Assembly (NCBI GenBank): GCA_050011565.1
Contig: JBEKIW010000001.1
Span: 677,855 to 741,854 of the forward strand
Reading direction: 5' to 3'
Length of the DNA stretch: 64,000 bases
Source of the DNA: Dehalococcoidia bacterium
GTDB lineage: Bacteria > Chloroflexota > Dehalococcoidia > GIF9 > UBA5629
Shown: positions 29,124 to 38,815 of the stretch, in pieces
Position numbering within the stretch: position 1 is the stretch's first letter
Layout of the letters: each line of letters starts with the position of its first letter
Program-made: the position numbers and the translations under genes
Notes under the pieces: model-generated
Seen by the model: the letters and a program-made list of their open reading frames with translations, nothing else
The model's database searches: none
What the model was told of the DNA's origin: nothing

Positions 29124-29825
29124 TTGAGGACAATACTTATGAATAGAGGTGAAGTTACACTTGACAATGTAAAAGATGGCCTCGAGAGATTCAATAAGGA
29201 ACACGGGCATTATCCGGCTTCTGAAGAAATAGACAATTGCCCATATTTACCTTCTGCTAGACGAATTCAGCAAAAATTCGGCGGTTTAAAAAAGCTTAGA
29301 AATGTCTTAGGGTTGAATGATCTCGATTATCGCACGGGAAGTCGTCGCCAAGTTACGATTAACGAGTTTCTCCGACTAGCTATAACTTCGGAGATGGCGA
29401 CTAAGGAATTTCTTGACAAAAGGTACGGAGAGATATGTGTCCACGAAGAAAAGAAATACGGTGAAGGAAGGAATAGAGTGGACTTCTTTGTATATGCGAA
29501 GGAAAATTTTGCAGTGGAGGTATTCAACACATACTCTATTAGAAATCTAGCTAATAACCTAAATATCAAGCTGCATAAGTTCAGTGATTTCCCCTTTAAA
29601 CTGTATTTTGTTGTTACCGGAGGAGATTTTTCACAAAAACATATCGATGTCTTAATCTCTAACAAAAAGAATTTACGGCTGTTACCTAATATGAAGTGTC
29701 TGGTAATCGACGAATTAAAGAAAGAATGCTTGCGCAAACTACCACCCTTGTCTATGAGAACACGATACACTAAGGCGTTTCCTCACAAGATGGCGCTATT
29801 TGACGAATCTTTCAGTAATTACTAA
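29124..29825 (+). CDS. Hypothetical protein: homing-endonuclease-associated-repeat-like N-terminus plus PD-(D/E)xK-like C-terminus
   Basis: GHYP...ID..PYLPS...IQ.KFGG....R..LG and EEKKY...NRVDFFV....FAVEV; AT-rich. Confidence 0.55.
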   Translation: MRTILMNRGEVTLDNVKDGLERFNKEHGHYPASEEIDNCPYLPSARRIQQKFGGLKKLRNVLGLNDLDYRTGSRRQVTINEFLRLAITSEMATKEFLDKRYGEICVHEEKKYGEGRNRVDFFVYAKENFAVEVFNTYSIRNLANNLNIKLHKFSDFPFKLYFVVTGGDFSQKHIDVLISNKKNLRLLPNMKCLVIDELKKECLRKLPPLSMRTRYTKAFPHKMALFDESFSNY

Positions 29826-29954
29826 TCAATATTATTAATGTCAGATATGGATATGGAGGCGGAAATTTTTGCACCAGGGTCAAAGGGATAGATAAGGAAA
29901 GTAATTTCATCAGATTTGTTTCAGAAGAAACAAAAATAGTGCCATTACATTATG

Positions 29955-32102
29955 TCAAGTGTTTCGGACACCGACCTTCCCGCCCAATATCTCCTCAGCC
30001 AATTCCACCACCACCCGCGGATTGAAAGGCTTGGTCAGGTATGGCTTTCCCGTTGAATCAAGGAAATCCTGTGTCGACGGTGTTATCGTATCGCCGGTAA
30101 TAAACATCACCTTTTCGGTTGAGGACGGATGCTTCTCCATCATGGTTTCGTAAAGTTTCTTGCCGCTTATCTTCGGTAGCTTCAGGTCGATAATAAAAAG
30201 GTCATAGCCGTTTTCAGCTAACTTAGCCAAAGCAGTTTTGGCATCTGAAGCACAGTCGGTTCGGTAGCCTCTTTCAGAGAGAATCCTGGTCAGGATATCA
30301 CGAATACCTGGTTCGTCATCTATTATCAGTATGTTCTCGCCTGCTGTTTGACGGCGCCGAGAAATATCCTCAGGCACAGCGGGCTCTTCCTCGATGTCAA
30401 TCTCTTTGGCGATCGCTACCGGCAGCTCAATAATGAAGGCAGCACCTTTTCCCTTTTCGCTTTCAACATATATTTTGCCGCCATGTGCAGTCACGATGCC
30501 ATGGCAAACGCTTAATCCCAGGCCGGTACCCTTGCCTAGTTCCTTGGTGGTAAAGAAGGGGTTAAAAATTTTGTCTATGTTACTCTCGGAAATTCCGGGC
30601 CCATTATCAGCAATATTGATTCTGATGCGGTCTTTCACTGCACTGGTTGTTAACGTAATTTTGCCCCGGCGCCTCATCTCAGTCAGAGCTTGCTCGGCAT
30701 TTATTAGTATATTCAATACTACCTGCTGGATTTGATGGTAATCAGCCTTTATCTCCGGCACATCCGGCTTTAAATTGACGAAAACACTGATGTTGTTTAC
30801 CTTGAGTTCATAACTTCGCAAGTCCAGAGTTTTTTGAACTAAATTATTGATGTCGAAATAGGTCTTCTCAGGCCTGCGCCGGCGGGCAAAGCTCAGCAGG
30901 TTCTGCACTATCCTGGCAGCCCTCTGGCTCTCCTGGTAAACCTTATCCAGGTCTGATTTAATATGTTCAGGAACATCCTTACTTTCAATCAGCAGCTGCG
31001 CATATCCCATAACGGTGGTTAGTGGATTGTTCAGCTCATGAGCCACTCCGGAAGCCAGTTCGCCAATGGATGCCAGCTTGTTAGTCAAAAGCACTTGCTG
31101 CTCCATCGCTTTCCGTTCAGTGACATCATTTAGAATCCCCCTAAAACCAACTATTTCTCCCTGGCCGTCGAACTTGGGAGCTATCGATGCCTCGATAAAT
31201 CGTTTCTCCCCGTTTTTGGCTGCATATTGCCAGGAAAACCACTTGGCCGGCCTGCGTGTCCTGTAAACACTGTTAGTATATCTATATATCTTCCGGGCAT
31301 TCGCTTCGTCATAGGCGTATGAGCGATAATTTGTCCCTATTACCTCTCCGCTCGAATATCCTAGCATACGACATATTGAATCGTTGACAAAAGTGATATT
31401 TCCGGCAACGTCTACCTCATAATAGCCTTTTCCCATATCTTCCAGTATCGTCCGATAGCGCTCCTCGCTCTTTAGTAATGCCTCCTCCGCTTTCTTGCGC
31501 CCGGTAACGTCAGTCAGGAAAACAAGTGCCGCAGGTTTTTCCTCCCAAATAACCTCGATAGATGTAGTTTCTGCCCATTTGATATTGCCCCTTTTGGTAA
31601 TAACCCTGTACGTGTAGTTAGCTGGCGATAGTTTTTTACTGTTAATTGCTGCCAGATAGCGGCTGATTGCAACCTTGCGGTCATCCGCATGAACAAGCTC
31701 TATAAATTGCCTGGAAGATAATTCGCTGATTGGATAGGCTAATAATCTCGCGGCTCTGGGATTAGCGAATTTGACTATCCCATCCTGAACTACCAGTATG
31801 CCTTCGCTGGCATGCTCCTGCAACAAGCGATACTGCTCTTCTGAGTCCAGCAGTGCCGCTTCTGTTCGCTTTTGTCGCGACAGCAGCTTCGTTAACATTA
31901 GACCGATAGAAAGGCCAACGATAAATATGAGCAGTATTTCAAAGATTACCCCAGCCCAATTGAACGGCGTGGGTGGGGCATTAAACACCAAATGCGGAAT
32001 GTCAAAATACGCATTGGCTATGTCCATAAGAGCCACTAGGGCAACGCCGCTCGTAAATGCGGCCAGTATGGTGTTGGATTTACTTTTATCTTGGTTTTTC
32101 AT
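29955..32102 (-). CDS. Membrane-bound PAS-PAS hybrid histidine kinase with receiver domain
   Basis: Two N-terminal TM helices, two PAS domains, H-box AHELNNPL, DNGPG and GTGLGL, C-terminal REC (IIDDE, D, KPF). Confidence 0.93.
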   Translation of the reverse strand: MKNQDKSKSNTILAAFTSGVALVALMDIANAYFDIPHLVFNAPPTPFNWAGVIFEILLIFIVGLSIGLMLTKLLSRQKRTEAALLDSEEQYRLLQEHASEGILVVQDGIVKFANPRAARLLAYPISELSSRQFIELVHADDRKVAISRYLAAINSKKLSPANYTYRVITKRGNIKWAETTSIEVIWEEKPAALVFLTDVTGRKKAEEALLKSEERYRTILEDMGKGYYEVDVAGNITFVNDSICRMLGYSSGEVIGTNYRSYAYDEANARKIYRYTNSVYRTRRPAKWFSWQYAAKNGEKRFIEASIAPKFDGQGEIVGFRGILNDVTERKAMEQQVLLTNKLASIGELASGVAHELNNPLTTVMGYAQLLIESKDVPEHIKSDLDKVYQESQRAARIVQNLLSFARRRRPEKTYFDINNLVQKTLDLRSYELKVNNISVFVNLKPDVPEIKADYHQIQQVVLNILINAEQALTEMRRRGKITLTTSAVKDRIRINIADNGPGISESNIDKIFNPFFTTKELGKGTGLGLSVCHGIVTAHGGKIYVESEKGKGAAFIIELPVAIAKEIDIEEEPAVPEDISRRRQTAGENILIIDDEPGIRDILTRILSERGYRTDCASDAKTALAKLAENGYDLFIIDLKLPKISGKKLYETMMEKHPSSTEKVMFITGDTITPSTQDFLDSTGKPYLTKPFNPRVVVELAEEILGGKVGVRNT

Positions 32103-32171
32103 TTTTACATCATGCTGCTATTAATCATGCAGGTTCGGCTTAATTCATTGCTAAATCCAAACGTTTCAAAT

Positions 32172-32735
32172 CTATTCAAGGCTTTTCCTTGCCTTGCCCT
32201 TCGCCCTGGCACCGCTGAGGAAGTTTTCAGTGGACCGCAGTATATCTTTAGCGCCAAACGGCTTTTTCATGATCCCGAATGGCGCTTGCTTTAAAGCTTT
32301 CTGCAGCAGCTCGCTGGCCGTGTAACCGGTGATGATAACGACAGGCACGGACTTATCAATTCGCCTTATTCTGCGAAAGGTTTCGACTCCATCCATATCA
32401 GGCATTTTGAGGTCGAGGAAAATCAAATCGAAGGTCCAACTTTGTGCCAGTTTTATCGCTTTACTGCCGTTACCAGAGGTCAATACGTGATAGTTATTTT
32501 TCTCTAATGTCTCTTTGAACAGCCTCCCTATGGGCTCATCGTCGTCAACAACCAGGATGCGCTTCTTGGATGTCGAATTATTGTGCAGCCACTCATCTAT
32601 CTGCTTCTTATCAAATCTGAAGTGACCGCCTACCTTAATAGCCGGTATTTCTCCTTTTTTCACGCTACGAAGCACGGTTTCAGGTCTAAGCTTGAGATAA
32701 CTGGCAACTTCCTTTGTAGTAAGTAACTCGGTCAA
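32172..32735 (-). CDS. Response regulator with N-terminal excisionase-type HTH (HTH_17) and receiver domain
   Basis: LLTTKEVASYLK...GEIPAIKVGGHFRF followed by ILVVDDD...FLDLKMP...ITGY...KPF. Confidence 0.9.
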   Translation of the reverse strand: MTELLTTKEVASYLKLRPETVLRSVKKGEIPAIKVGGHFRFDKKQIDEWLHNNSTSKKRILVVDDDEPIGRLFKETLEKNNYHVLTSGNGSKAIKLAQSWTFDLIFLDLKMPDMDGVETFRRIRRIDKSVPVVIITGYTASELLQKALKQAPFGIMKKPFGAKDILRSTENFLSGARAKGKARKSLE

Positions 32736-33004
32736 TTTTTCCTCACAAAATTAAAATTCGCTGCAAATCAAGGAGTAAAACTAATAAGAACGGCAGACAA
32801 TTCGTTATAATGACACGGAAAACATGCGTTGTCAATATATTACATTATAATAAGTGATAAATCATGACCAAAGTCCCATCGACACCAGAGAGGAAAGTCC
32901 TAACTTGCTATCCGCATATATTATGTCAAGCGTAGACCAGCCTGAGTTCCAAGACAAATAATACAATCACCTGATATAATTAAATACCGGGCAAGTATAG
33001 AGAA

Positions 33005-33922
33005 ATGAGTAAATACGAGGTCATCATCATCGGCGGCGGCCCAGCCGGGCTTACTGCCGGCTTATACACATCCAGAGCCGGGCTAAAGTCACTGCTCGTA
33101 GAACGTGGTATATTCGGCGGCCAGATAGTGAATGCCAGGCAGGTTGATAACTATCCCGGCTTTCCCGATAGCATTTCCGGATTTGAATTAGCTTCGCTTA
33201 TGCACGAGCAAGCTATCAAATACGGACTGGAGACCATCAACGCCACGGTCACAGCTATTAAGCCGGGAGGCAAATACAGCGTCATTACAGCCGAGGGCAA
33301 TTTCGAAGCTGAAGCGGTGATTATCGCTGCCGGCTCGGAATATCGTAAGCTCGGAGTGCCCGGCGAGCAGGAACTTGTGGGCCGTGGTGTTTCCTATTGC
33401 GCTACTTGTGATGGCTTCCTGTTTCGTGACTTGGATGTAGCCGTTGTCGGAGGCGGCGATACGGCTATTACCGATGCCCTAGAGTTGAGCGAGCATGCCA
33501 GCAAGGTCTACGTTATACATCGGCGGGACCAGCTCCGCGCCGGGCAAATCCTTCAACAAAAGGCTTTAGCCCGGCCCAAACTTGAGCCCGTCTGGAATAC
33601 GGTGGTCGAGGAGATTATCGGAGACAATAAAGTAAGCTGCCTCAGCCTGCGCAATGTAAAAACAGGTGAAATTACTAAGCTCGAGGTGGCTGGTGTCTTC
33701 GTTGCCATCGGCATTGAACCCAATAGCCAGTGCTTCGCTGATATAGTGGAGCTGGATGAAACAGGTCTTATCAAGACGGATGAGTTGATGGCCACATCGG
33801 CGCCCGGCATCTTTGCTGTCGGTGACATACGTAAGAATTCACCCCGACAGGTTGCCGGTGCCGTCGGCGATGGCGCTGCCGCAGCTCTATCCGCCTTCAA
33901 ATACCTCCGCGAAAGAATCTAG
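33005..33922 (+). CDS. trxB: Thioredoxin-disulfide reductase
   Basis: GGGPAG, GVSYCATCDG, GGGDTA, HRR, GIFAVGD. Confidence 0.96.
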   Translation: MSKYEVIIIGGGPAGLTAGLYTSRAGLKSLLVERGIFGGQIVNARQVDNYPGFPDSISGFELASLMHEQAIKYGLETINATVTAIKPGGKYSVITAEGNFEAEAVIIAAGSEYRKLGVPGEQELVGRGVSYCATCDGFLFRDLDVAVVGGGDTAITDALELSEHASKVYVIHRRDQLRAGQILQQKALARPKLEPVWNTVVEEIIGDNKVSCLSLRNVKTGEITKLEVAGVFVAIGIEPNSQCFADIVELDETGLIKTDELMATSAPGIFAVGDIRKNSPRQVAGAVGDGAAAALSAFKYLRERI

Positions 33923-34001
33923 GCTGCAGCCTATACCAGCTCCCACACATATCAATCGAAGAATTAAAGCAGGTTATTATGCGTTTCAGGCTGACCCAAG
34001 A

Positions 34002-34076
34002 TGGTGGGCTCGGCAGGGTTCGAACCTGCGACCAACCGGTTATGAGCCGGTCGCTCTGCCACTGAGCTACGAGCCC
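34002..34076 (-). tRNA. tRNA with CAT anticodon, probably tRNA-Ile2 (lysidine) rather than Met
   Basis: GGGCTCGTAGCTCAGTGG...ACCGG-CT-CAT-AA-CCGGT...GGTTCGAACCC...GAGCCCACCA; lacks the initiator features (C1 mismatch, GGG/CCC anticodon stem). Confidence 0.9.
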
Positions 34077-34233
34077 GTGAAGTATATAATATTTGGTAAG
34101 CGAACCGCCCTACCCTATCGGCAAATAGTATATCATAGCCTTGAAATCATCTGCATCAACTCGCTAGCCAGTATTTACAGGCTTATCTCTTAACAAAGAA
34201 AAACTTGACCGGATATCCAAATTTGTTATAAAA

Positions 34234-34260
34234 TTAGCAATTGCAAAATGAGACTGCTAA
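34234..34260. promoter_or_regulatory. CIRCE-like HrcA operator
   Basis: TTAGCAATT-N9-GACTGCTAA versus consensus TTAGCACTC-N9-GAGTGCTAA, immediately downstream of a TTGACC...TATAAA promoter. Confidence 0.7.
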
Positions 34261-34325
34261 TTCGTTTAGCGAAAGCTAAATGTAGTTTATAATCTTTAAC
34301 TTCTCCGCTGATCAGGAGGTTGACT

Positions 34326-34595
34326 ATGCCCATTTATCAGTACCATTGCCCGAAGTGTAATTTGAAATTCGAGCTGAAACAAAGCTTTTCCGATGAATCA
34401 ATGGTTGCTTGCCCTAAATGCCAGAACGGAGCACAGCGCTGTATCTCTGCAGTGCCCGTAATTTTCAAAGGCTCCGGCTTCTATGTCACCGATAATAGAA
34501 AAAGTAGCCCTGAAAGCACGAGTTTGGAAAATAAAGTAGACAAAAAAGAAGATAAAAAAGAAGATAAAGGCGCTCAGAAGGAAACACAACCTTAG
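34326..34595 (+). CDS. FmdB-family zinc-ribbon protein
   Basis: MPIYQYHCPKC...CPKC...FKGSGFYVTD; RBS AGGAGG. Confidence 0.9.
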   Translation: MPIYQYHCPKCNLKFELKQSFSDESMVACPKCQNGAQRCISAVPVIFKGSGFYVTDNRKSSPESTSLENKVDKKEDKKEDKGAQKETQP

Positions 34596-34647
34596 GCAGC
34601 ATAACCGCTCTTGCCAGTTAATTTCTCCTGTGCTACACTCAGGCCCG

Positions 34648-34720
34648 GTCCCTGTAGCTCAGTGGACAGAGCGGCTGCCTTCTAAGCAGCGGGTCGTGGG
34701 TTCGAATCCCTCCAGGGACG
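34648..34720 (+). tRNA. tRNA-Arg(TCT), CCA not encoded
   Basis: GTCCCTG/CAGGGAC acceptor, GCTGC-CT-TCT-AA-GCAGC, GGTTCGAATCCC. Confidence 0.95.
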
Positions 34721-34724
34721 CATT

Positions 34725-35732
34725 TCAAATTTTTTTACCGCCTTTAACCTTCTTTCTCCCTTTTAATTTCTGCGCACTTCTGTAATTTCTCATCCGGCAG
34801 CGAGTGGAGCAGAACTGTGCACGCGGGTCATGCGTATTAAAATACTCACCGCAGATGCCGCATCGCAATATTCTAGTGCCACCGCTAATCTCTAACAGAA
34901 ACATAAGCCATATAGCGGACAGCAAGCTATCCGGGAAAAAGTAAACTTCGTGGTTTCTCAGAGCCGGTATTCTCGGCGTCAAGGTATTAAGTAAGCGCTT
35001 GTCTAATTCAAGCGAAAGATAATATAGCGCCGGTCCCTTGACGTCTCCCCTGTGCCATCTGGTTAAGAGATTCATGTTTGTCCTGCCTACCAGATGGATA
35101 TAACTGTCATCGAGTCTCAAGGCTATTCCGTCCCGGTGCCATAAGACGATATCCTTCAATTCTTTGTCGTCTGACGATACCATATCCCACAATTTCAAAC
35201 AGGCAGCCAAATCACTAATCTCTTCCTGCCACCAGAGCCAGGACTCGCCCAGTTGAACTTGCTTCCCACTATCCCGGTCCCTGAAAACCAGGTTGTGCGC
35301 CGGATGACGCTTCAATAATCCATATTTGTTGGCGAAGTTCAATGCATCTTTTTCATCTTTTCCTACGAGTCCGGCGAAATGCCGATGTAGGGCACATTCA
35401 TCGGAGCTCATTGGGTCAGCTGTCGATTCTTTACTTCCCTTCTCCAGCGGATTATATCTCCGTTGTCGAATTGAATTGGGCGTAATCCATAGAGGCTTTG
35501 TCTCTGCCCTCTTCAGGCCGATATTGAATACGCTCTTTAGTATTTCGCTCTGGTAACTACCGTCGGTGGAAGTAAGCGGCTGACACTCATTCACCCTGGC
35601 CAGGACCTCGCTGGTTTCAAACCCCGGCACAGGACTGCTGCTAAGGGAATAGCTGTCCCGGCATATGCTTAGTACAGATGTGTACGAGCCGATTTTCATG
35701 TCTCTTAAAGAGATTCCATATCCCTTACGCAT
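34725..35732 (-). CDS. Hypothetical protein with C-terminal CGNR-like zinc finger
   Basis: RCGICGEYF......QFCSTRCR.R.YR; F...YGLL and P.SLLSAIW motifs. Confidence 0.7.
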   Translation of the reverse strand: MRKGYGISLRDMKIGSYTSVLSICRDSYSLSSSPVPGFETSEVLARVNECQPLTSTDGSYQSEILKSVFNIGLKRAETKPLWITPNSIRQRRYNPLEKGSKESTADPMSSDECALHRHFAGLVGKDEKDALNFANKYGLLKRHPAHNLVFRDRDSGKQVQLGESWLWWQEEISDLAACLKLWDMVSSDDKELKDIVLWHRDGIALRLDDSYIHLVGRTNMNLLTRWHRGDVKGPALYYLSLELDKRLLNTLTPRIPALRNHEVYFFPDSLLSAIWLMFLLEISGGTRILRCGICGEYFNTHDPRAQFCSTRCRMRNYRSAQKLKGRKKVKGGKKI

Positions 35733-35872
35733 TATCGTTACGGTTCTTCAGGATATATCCGTAACACCATTTTATAACACTAACAAGCCCAAGTCAACAG
35801 GGTTGAATTGGGTACCAAGGGAACGACCAAAATAGCGTCGACTCTCAAAATATCCTATAATTCACCAAGCCG

Positions 35873-36460
35873 ATGGAGCAAAGCCAGCTTAACCGGGATT
35901 TATCAAAGTTGAAAGAAAGCCTGGGCCCTCTTCCTGAAGCGACGGTTAACCCTGGCTTCGTAGTTGTCAGCGGTTTACCGGGGACAGGCAAGTCCTACTT
36001 CTGCGGAAAGCTGGCTGAAAAGCAACCATTTTATATTCTCGAGAGCGATGCGCTGCGTAAAGTTCTGTTCCCCTCGCCCGATTACAGCCCTGTCGAAAGT
36101 GCCCGTCTCTTTGCTGCGATACACAGCCTCATGGAAGGGCTTTTGAAAAATGGTGTGCCCGTATGCTTCGATGCTACCAACCTGTCAGAACATAATCGCG
36201 AATATCTTTACCGCATCAGCGACAGAGCTGGAGCCAGACTGGTTTTAGTAAGTGTGGAAGCACCACCGGATGTAGCCTATCAGCGTCTCCAGGCACGAAA
36301 AAACGGGGCTATTCCGGATAGTAAATCAGACGCTGACTGGGAAATCTACAGGCAGATGAAGCCAAAAGCAGAGAAAATTGGACGCAATTATTTTGTAGTG
36401 GATACCTCACGGGACATAACACCGGTCATTGACAAGATAATTCACGCCTTAAATCGTTGA
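35873..36460 (+). CDS. AAA_33-type P-loop kinase
   Basis: GLPGTGKS, SDALRK.L, DAT, SDADW. Confidence 0.85.
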   Translation: MEQSQLNRDLSKLKESLGPLPEATVNPGFVVVSGLPGTGKSYFCGKLAEKQPFYILESDALRKVLFPSPDYSPVESARLFAAIHSLMEGLLKNGVPVCFDATNLSEHNREYLYRISDRAGARLVLVSVEAPPDVAYQRLQARKNGAIPDSKSDADWEIYRQMKPKAEKIGRNYFVVDTSRDITPVIDKIIHALNR

Positions 36461-36589
36461 AATCATGTGCCTGAAACAGCCCGAAAGGCATTCCCTTCCC
36501 ATGCCCAATGGGATAAAATAGATATTGGATAAGCTCTGAAGGTTCTGGAAACCTCGAAACCAGGAACTACACATACTGAGGAGGCGAAT

Positions 36590-38089
36590 TTGGAAGTAAA
36601 AGTAATCACCGGCGATATTACCAGTATCGAGGCTGATGCCATTGTAGTTAATCTTTTTGAAGGAGTGGAGCCTCCTGGGGGAGCCACCGGAGCGGTGGAT
36701 AAAGCGCTGGATAAGACCATCACCGCACTTATTAAACAAGGCGAGCTCAAGGGAAAGTTCAATGAAATCAGCATCATTCATAGCCTGGGTAAGGTTCCGG
36801 CACGGATAGTCGCCGTTGCGGGACTGGGCAAAGAGTCGGATTTCACACTCGATAGGATTCGCACTTTAGCCGCGGAAATAAGCCGCTCTTTGAGAAAGCT
36901 AAATTGCCGCCGTATAGCCACCATCGTCCATGGTGCCGGAATCGGTGGAGTTGAGCCGGAAGCGGCATCTCAAGCCATAACGGAAGGCAGCCTGCTGGGA
37001 CTGTACAGATTTCGAAAGCATATGACCAAAGAGGCTGAAAACCAAGAGGTGGCAGAACTTCTTATCGTAGAAAGAGATGCAGCTAAGTTACAGGCCCTGG
37101 AACGCGGCTGCCGTAAAGGGCGAATTGTTGCCGAAGCCACCAATCTGGCTCGGGACTGGATAAATGAGCCGGCTAATTATATGACGCCCACGGACCTGGC
37201 GAAGGTAGCCCAGGAGCTGGCCAGGGCTCACGGCCTGGACTTGACCATACTGGACCGAGAGCAAATGGAAAAAGAGGGAATGTGGTCGCTTTTGGGGGTA
37301 GCCAAAGGAAGCTGCCAGCCGCCGAAACTGATAGTGCTAAGTTATAGCGGTGATAAGAAATCCCATGTTACCGCAGGTTTCATTGGCAAAGGCATAACCT
37401 TCGACTCCGGCGGGATATCTATTAAGCCATCAGAGAATATGGCCGAGATGAAAGGCGATATGGCCGGGGCGGCTGCCGCTATGGCAGCGGTGAGTGCTAT
37501 CGCCCAACTTAAGCCAAAAATCAATGTTACCGCCGTCGTTCCGGCTACCGAAAATCTGCCCAGCGGTAAAGCTCTGAGGCCAGGCGACATTTTAAAGGCC
37601 ATAAACGGAAAGACTATAGAGGTGGTGAACACCGATGCCGAAGGAAGGCTCATATTGGCCGATGCACTGGGCTATGCCGTGAAGAAAGGCTTTTCATCAT
37701 TGGTCGATATTGCCACCCTGACCGGCGCCTGCCATATAGCCCTGGGAGACATTTGCAGCGGGATATTCGGCAATTCCCAGGAGTTAATAGATAAGATAGT
37801 TAAGGCTGGTGCCGAAGCCGGAGAGCGCCTATGGCAAATGCCAATGTATGAAGAATATAAGGAACAGAACAAAAGCGACGTAGCCGATATCAAGAATAGC
37901 GGCGGACGATATGGTGGCGCTATTACCGCGGCACAGTTTCTGTCTGAATTTGCCGATAAGACGCCCTGGGTGCATATCGACATAGCTGGCACTTCGATGA
38001 CCGAAAAGGAACGCGGTTATTTAGTAAAAGGAGCCACGGGTGTCTGCGTGCGAACGCTGGTCAATTTTGCGCTAAATTTGGCAAAGTGA
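36590..38089 (+). CDS. pepA: Leucyl aminopeptidase
   Basis: GKGITFDSGG, MKGDMAG, NTDAEGRL.LAD, ATLTGA. Confidence 0.96.
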   Translation: MEVKVITGDITSIEADAIVVNLFEGVEPPGGATGAVDKALDKTITALIKQGELKGKFNEISIIHSLGKVPARIVAVAGLGKESDFTLDRIRTLAAEISRSLRKLNCRRIATIVHGAGIGGVEPEAASQAITEGSLLGLYRFRKHMTKEAENQEVAELLIVERDAAKLQALERGCRKGRIVAEATNLARDWINEPANYMTPTDLAKVAQELARAHGLDLTILDREQMEKEGMWSLLGVAKGSCQPPKLIVLSYSGDKKSHVTAGFIGKGITFDSGGISIKPSENMAEMKGDMAGAAAAMAAVSAIAQLKPKINVTAVVPATENLPSGKALRPGDILKAINGKTIEVVNTDAEGRLILADALGYAVKKGFSSLVDIATLTGACHIALGDICSGIFGNSQELIDKIVKAGAEAGERLWQMPMYEEYKEQNKSDVADIKNSGGRYGGAITAAQFLSEFADKTPWVHIDIAGTSMTEKERGYLVKGATGVCVRTLVNFALNLAK

Positions 38090-38156
38090 CAGGGAACCGA
38101 TGGGCCGGGCTGGGCGAATTTATATTGATAATTGATTAGAGACCAGGAGGTGCATC

Positions 38157-38804
38157 ATGAAGGTGAAATGGCTGGGACATGCTTCTTTTCTGATTACCTC
38201 TGAGGCTGGCGTCAAGATTATTACTGACCCGTACCCTCAGGGTAGCGGGCTCAGTTACGCACCGATAAATGAGGCTGCGGATATCGTGACCATGAGTCAT
38301 GATCACTTCGACCACAACAACGTCTCATCGGTGCCGGGCAAACCTCAGGTAATCACCGGCAGCGGCGTAAAAAACATAAAAGGAGTTCAATTCAGAGGTA
38401 TCGATACCTACCATGACGAGTCACAGGGAAAAGAACGTGGCGCTAACAAGGCATTCTGCTTTTCCGTGGACGGGATAAAGCTGTGTCATTTAGGTGACCT
38501 CGGCCACAGGCTTAGCCAGAAGCAGATAGCTGAAATCGGTAGCATAGATGTATTGTTCATCCCCATTGGCGGTTTCTTCACTATTGACGCCAAAATGGCA
38601 GGTACGGTGACTGATGATTTGAAGCCGAAGGTTGTCATGCCTATGCACTATAAAACGGCTAAATGTGACTGGCCGCTAAATACGATTGATGATTTTCTGG
38701 TGGATAAGAAGAACGTTAAGAAATTAAATTCGAGCGAGATGGAATTAAAGGCCGGCAAGTTGCCGGAAGCTACTGAAATTGTGATACTTCAACCGGCATC
38801 ATAG
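38157..38804 (+). CDS. MBL-fold metallo-hydrolase
   Basis: WLGHASF, SHDHFDH, HLGDLGH, PMHY. Confidence 0.9.
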   Translation: MKVKWLGHASFLITSEAGVKIITDPYPQGSGLSYAPINEAADIVTMSHDHFDHNNVSSVPGKPQVITGSGVKNIKGVQFRGIDTYHDESQGKERGANKAFCFSVDGIKLCHLGDLGHRLSQKQIAEIGSIDVLFIPIGGFFTIDAKMAGTVTDDLKPKVVMPMHYKTAKCDWPLNTIDDFLVDKKNVKKLNSSEMELKAGKLPEATEIVILQPAS

Positions 38805-38815
38805 ACACGATGGTT

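Noticed and set aside
32890-32900. GAGGAAAGTCC, the RNase P RNA P4 signature; similar AAAGTCCGGGC near 42162
   Set aside because: No downstream RNase P structure or 3' signature was seen, and there is too little intergenic space.
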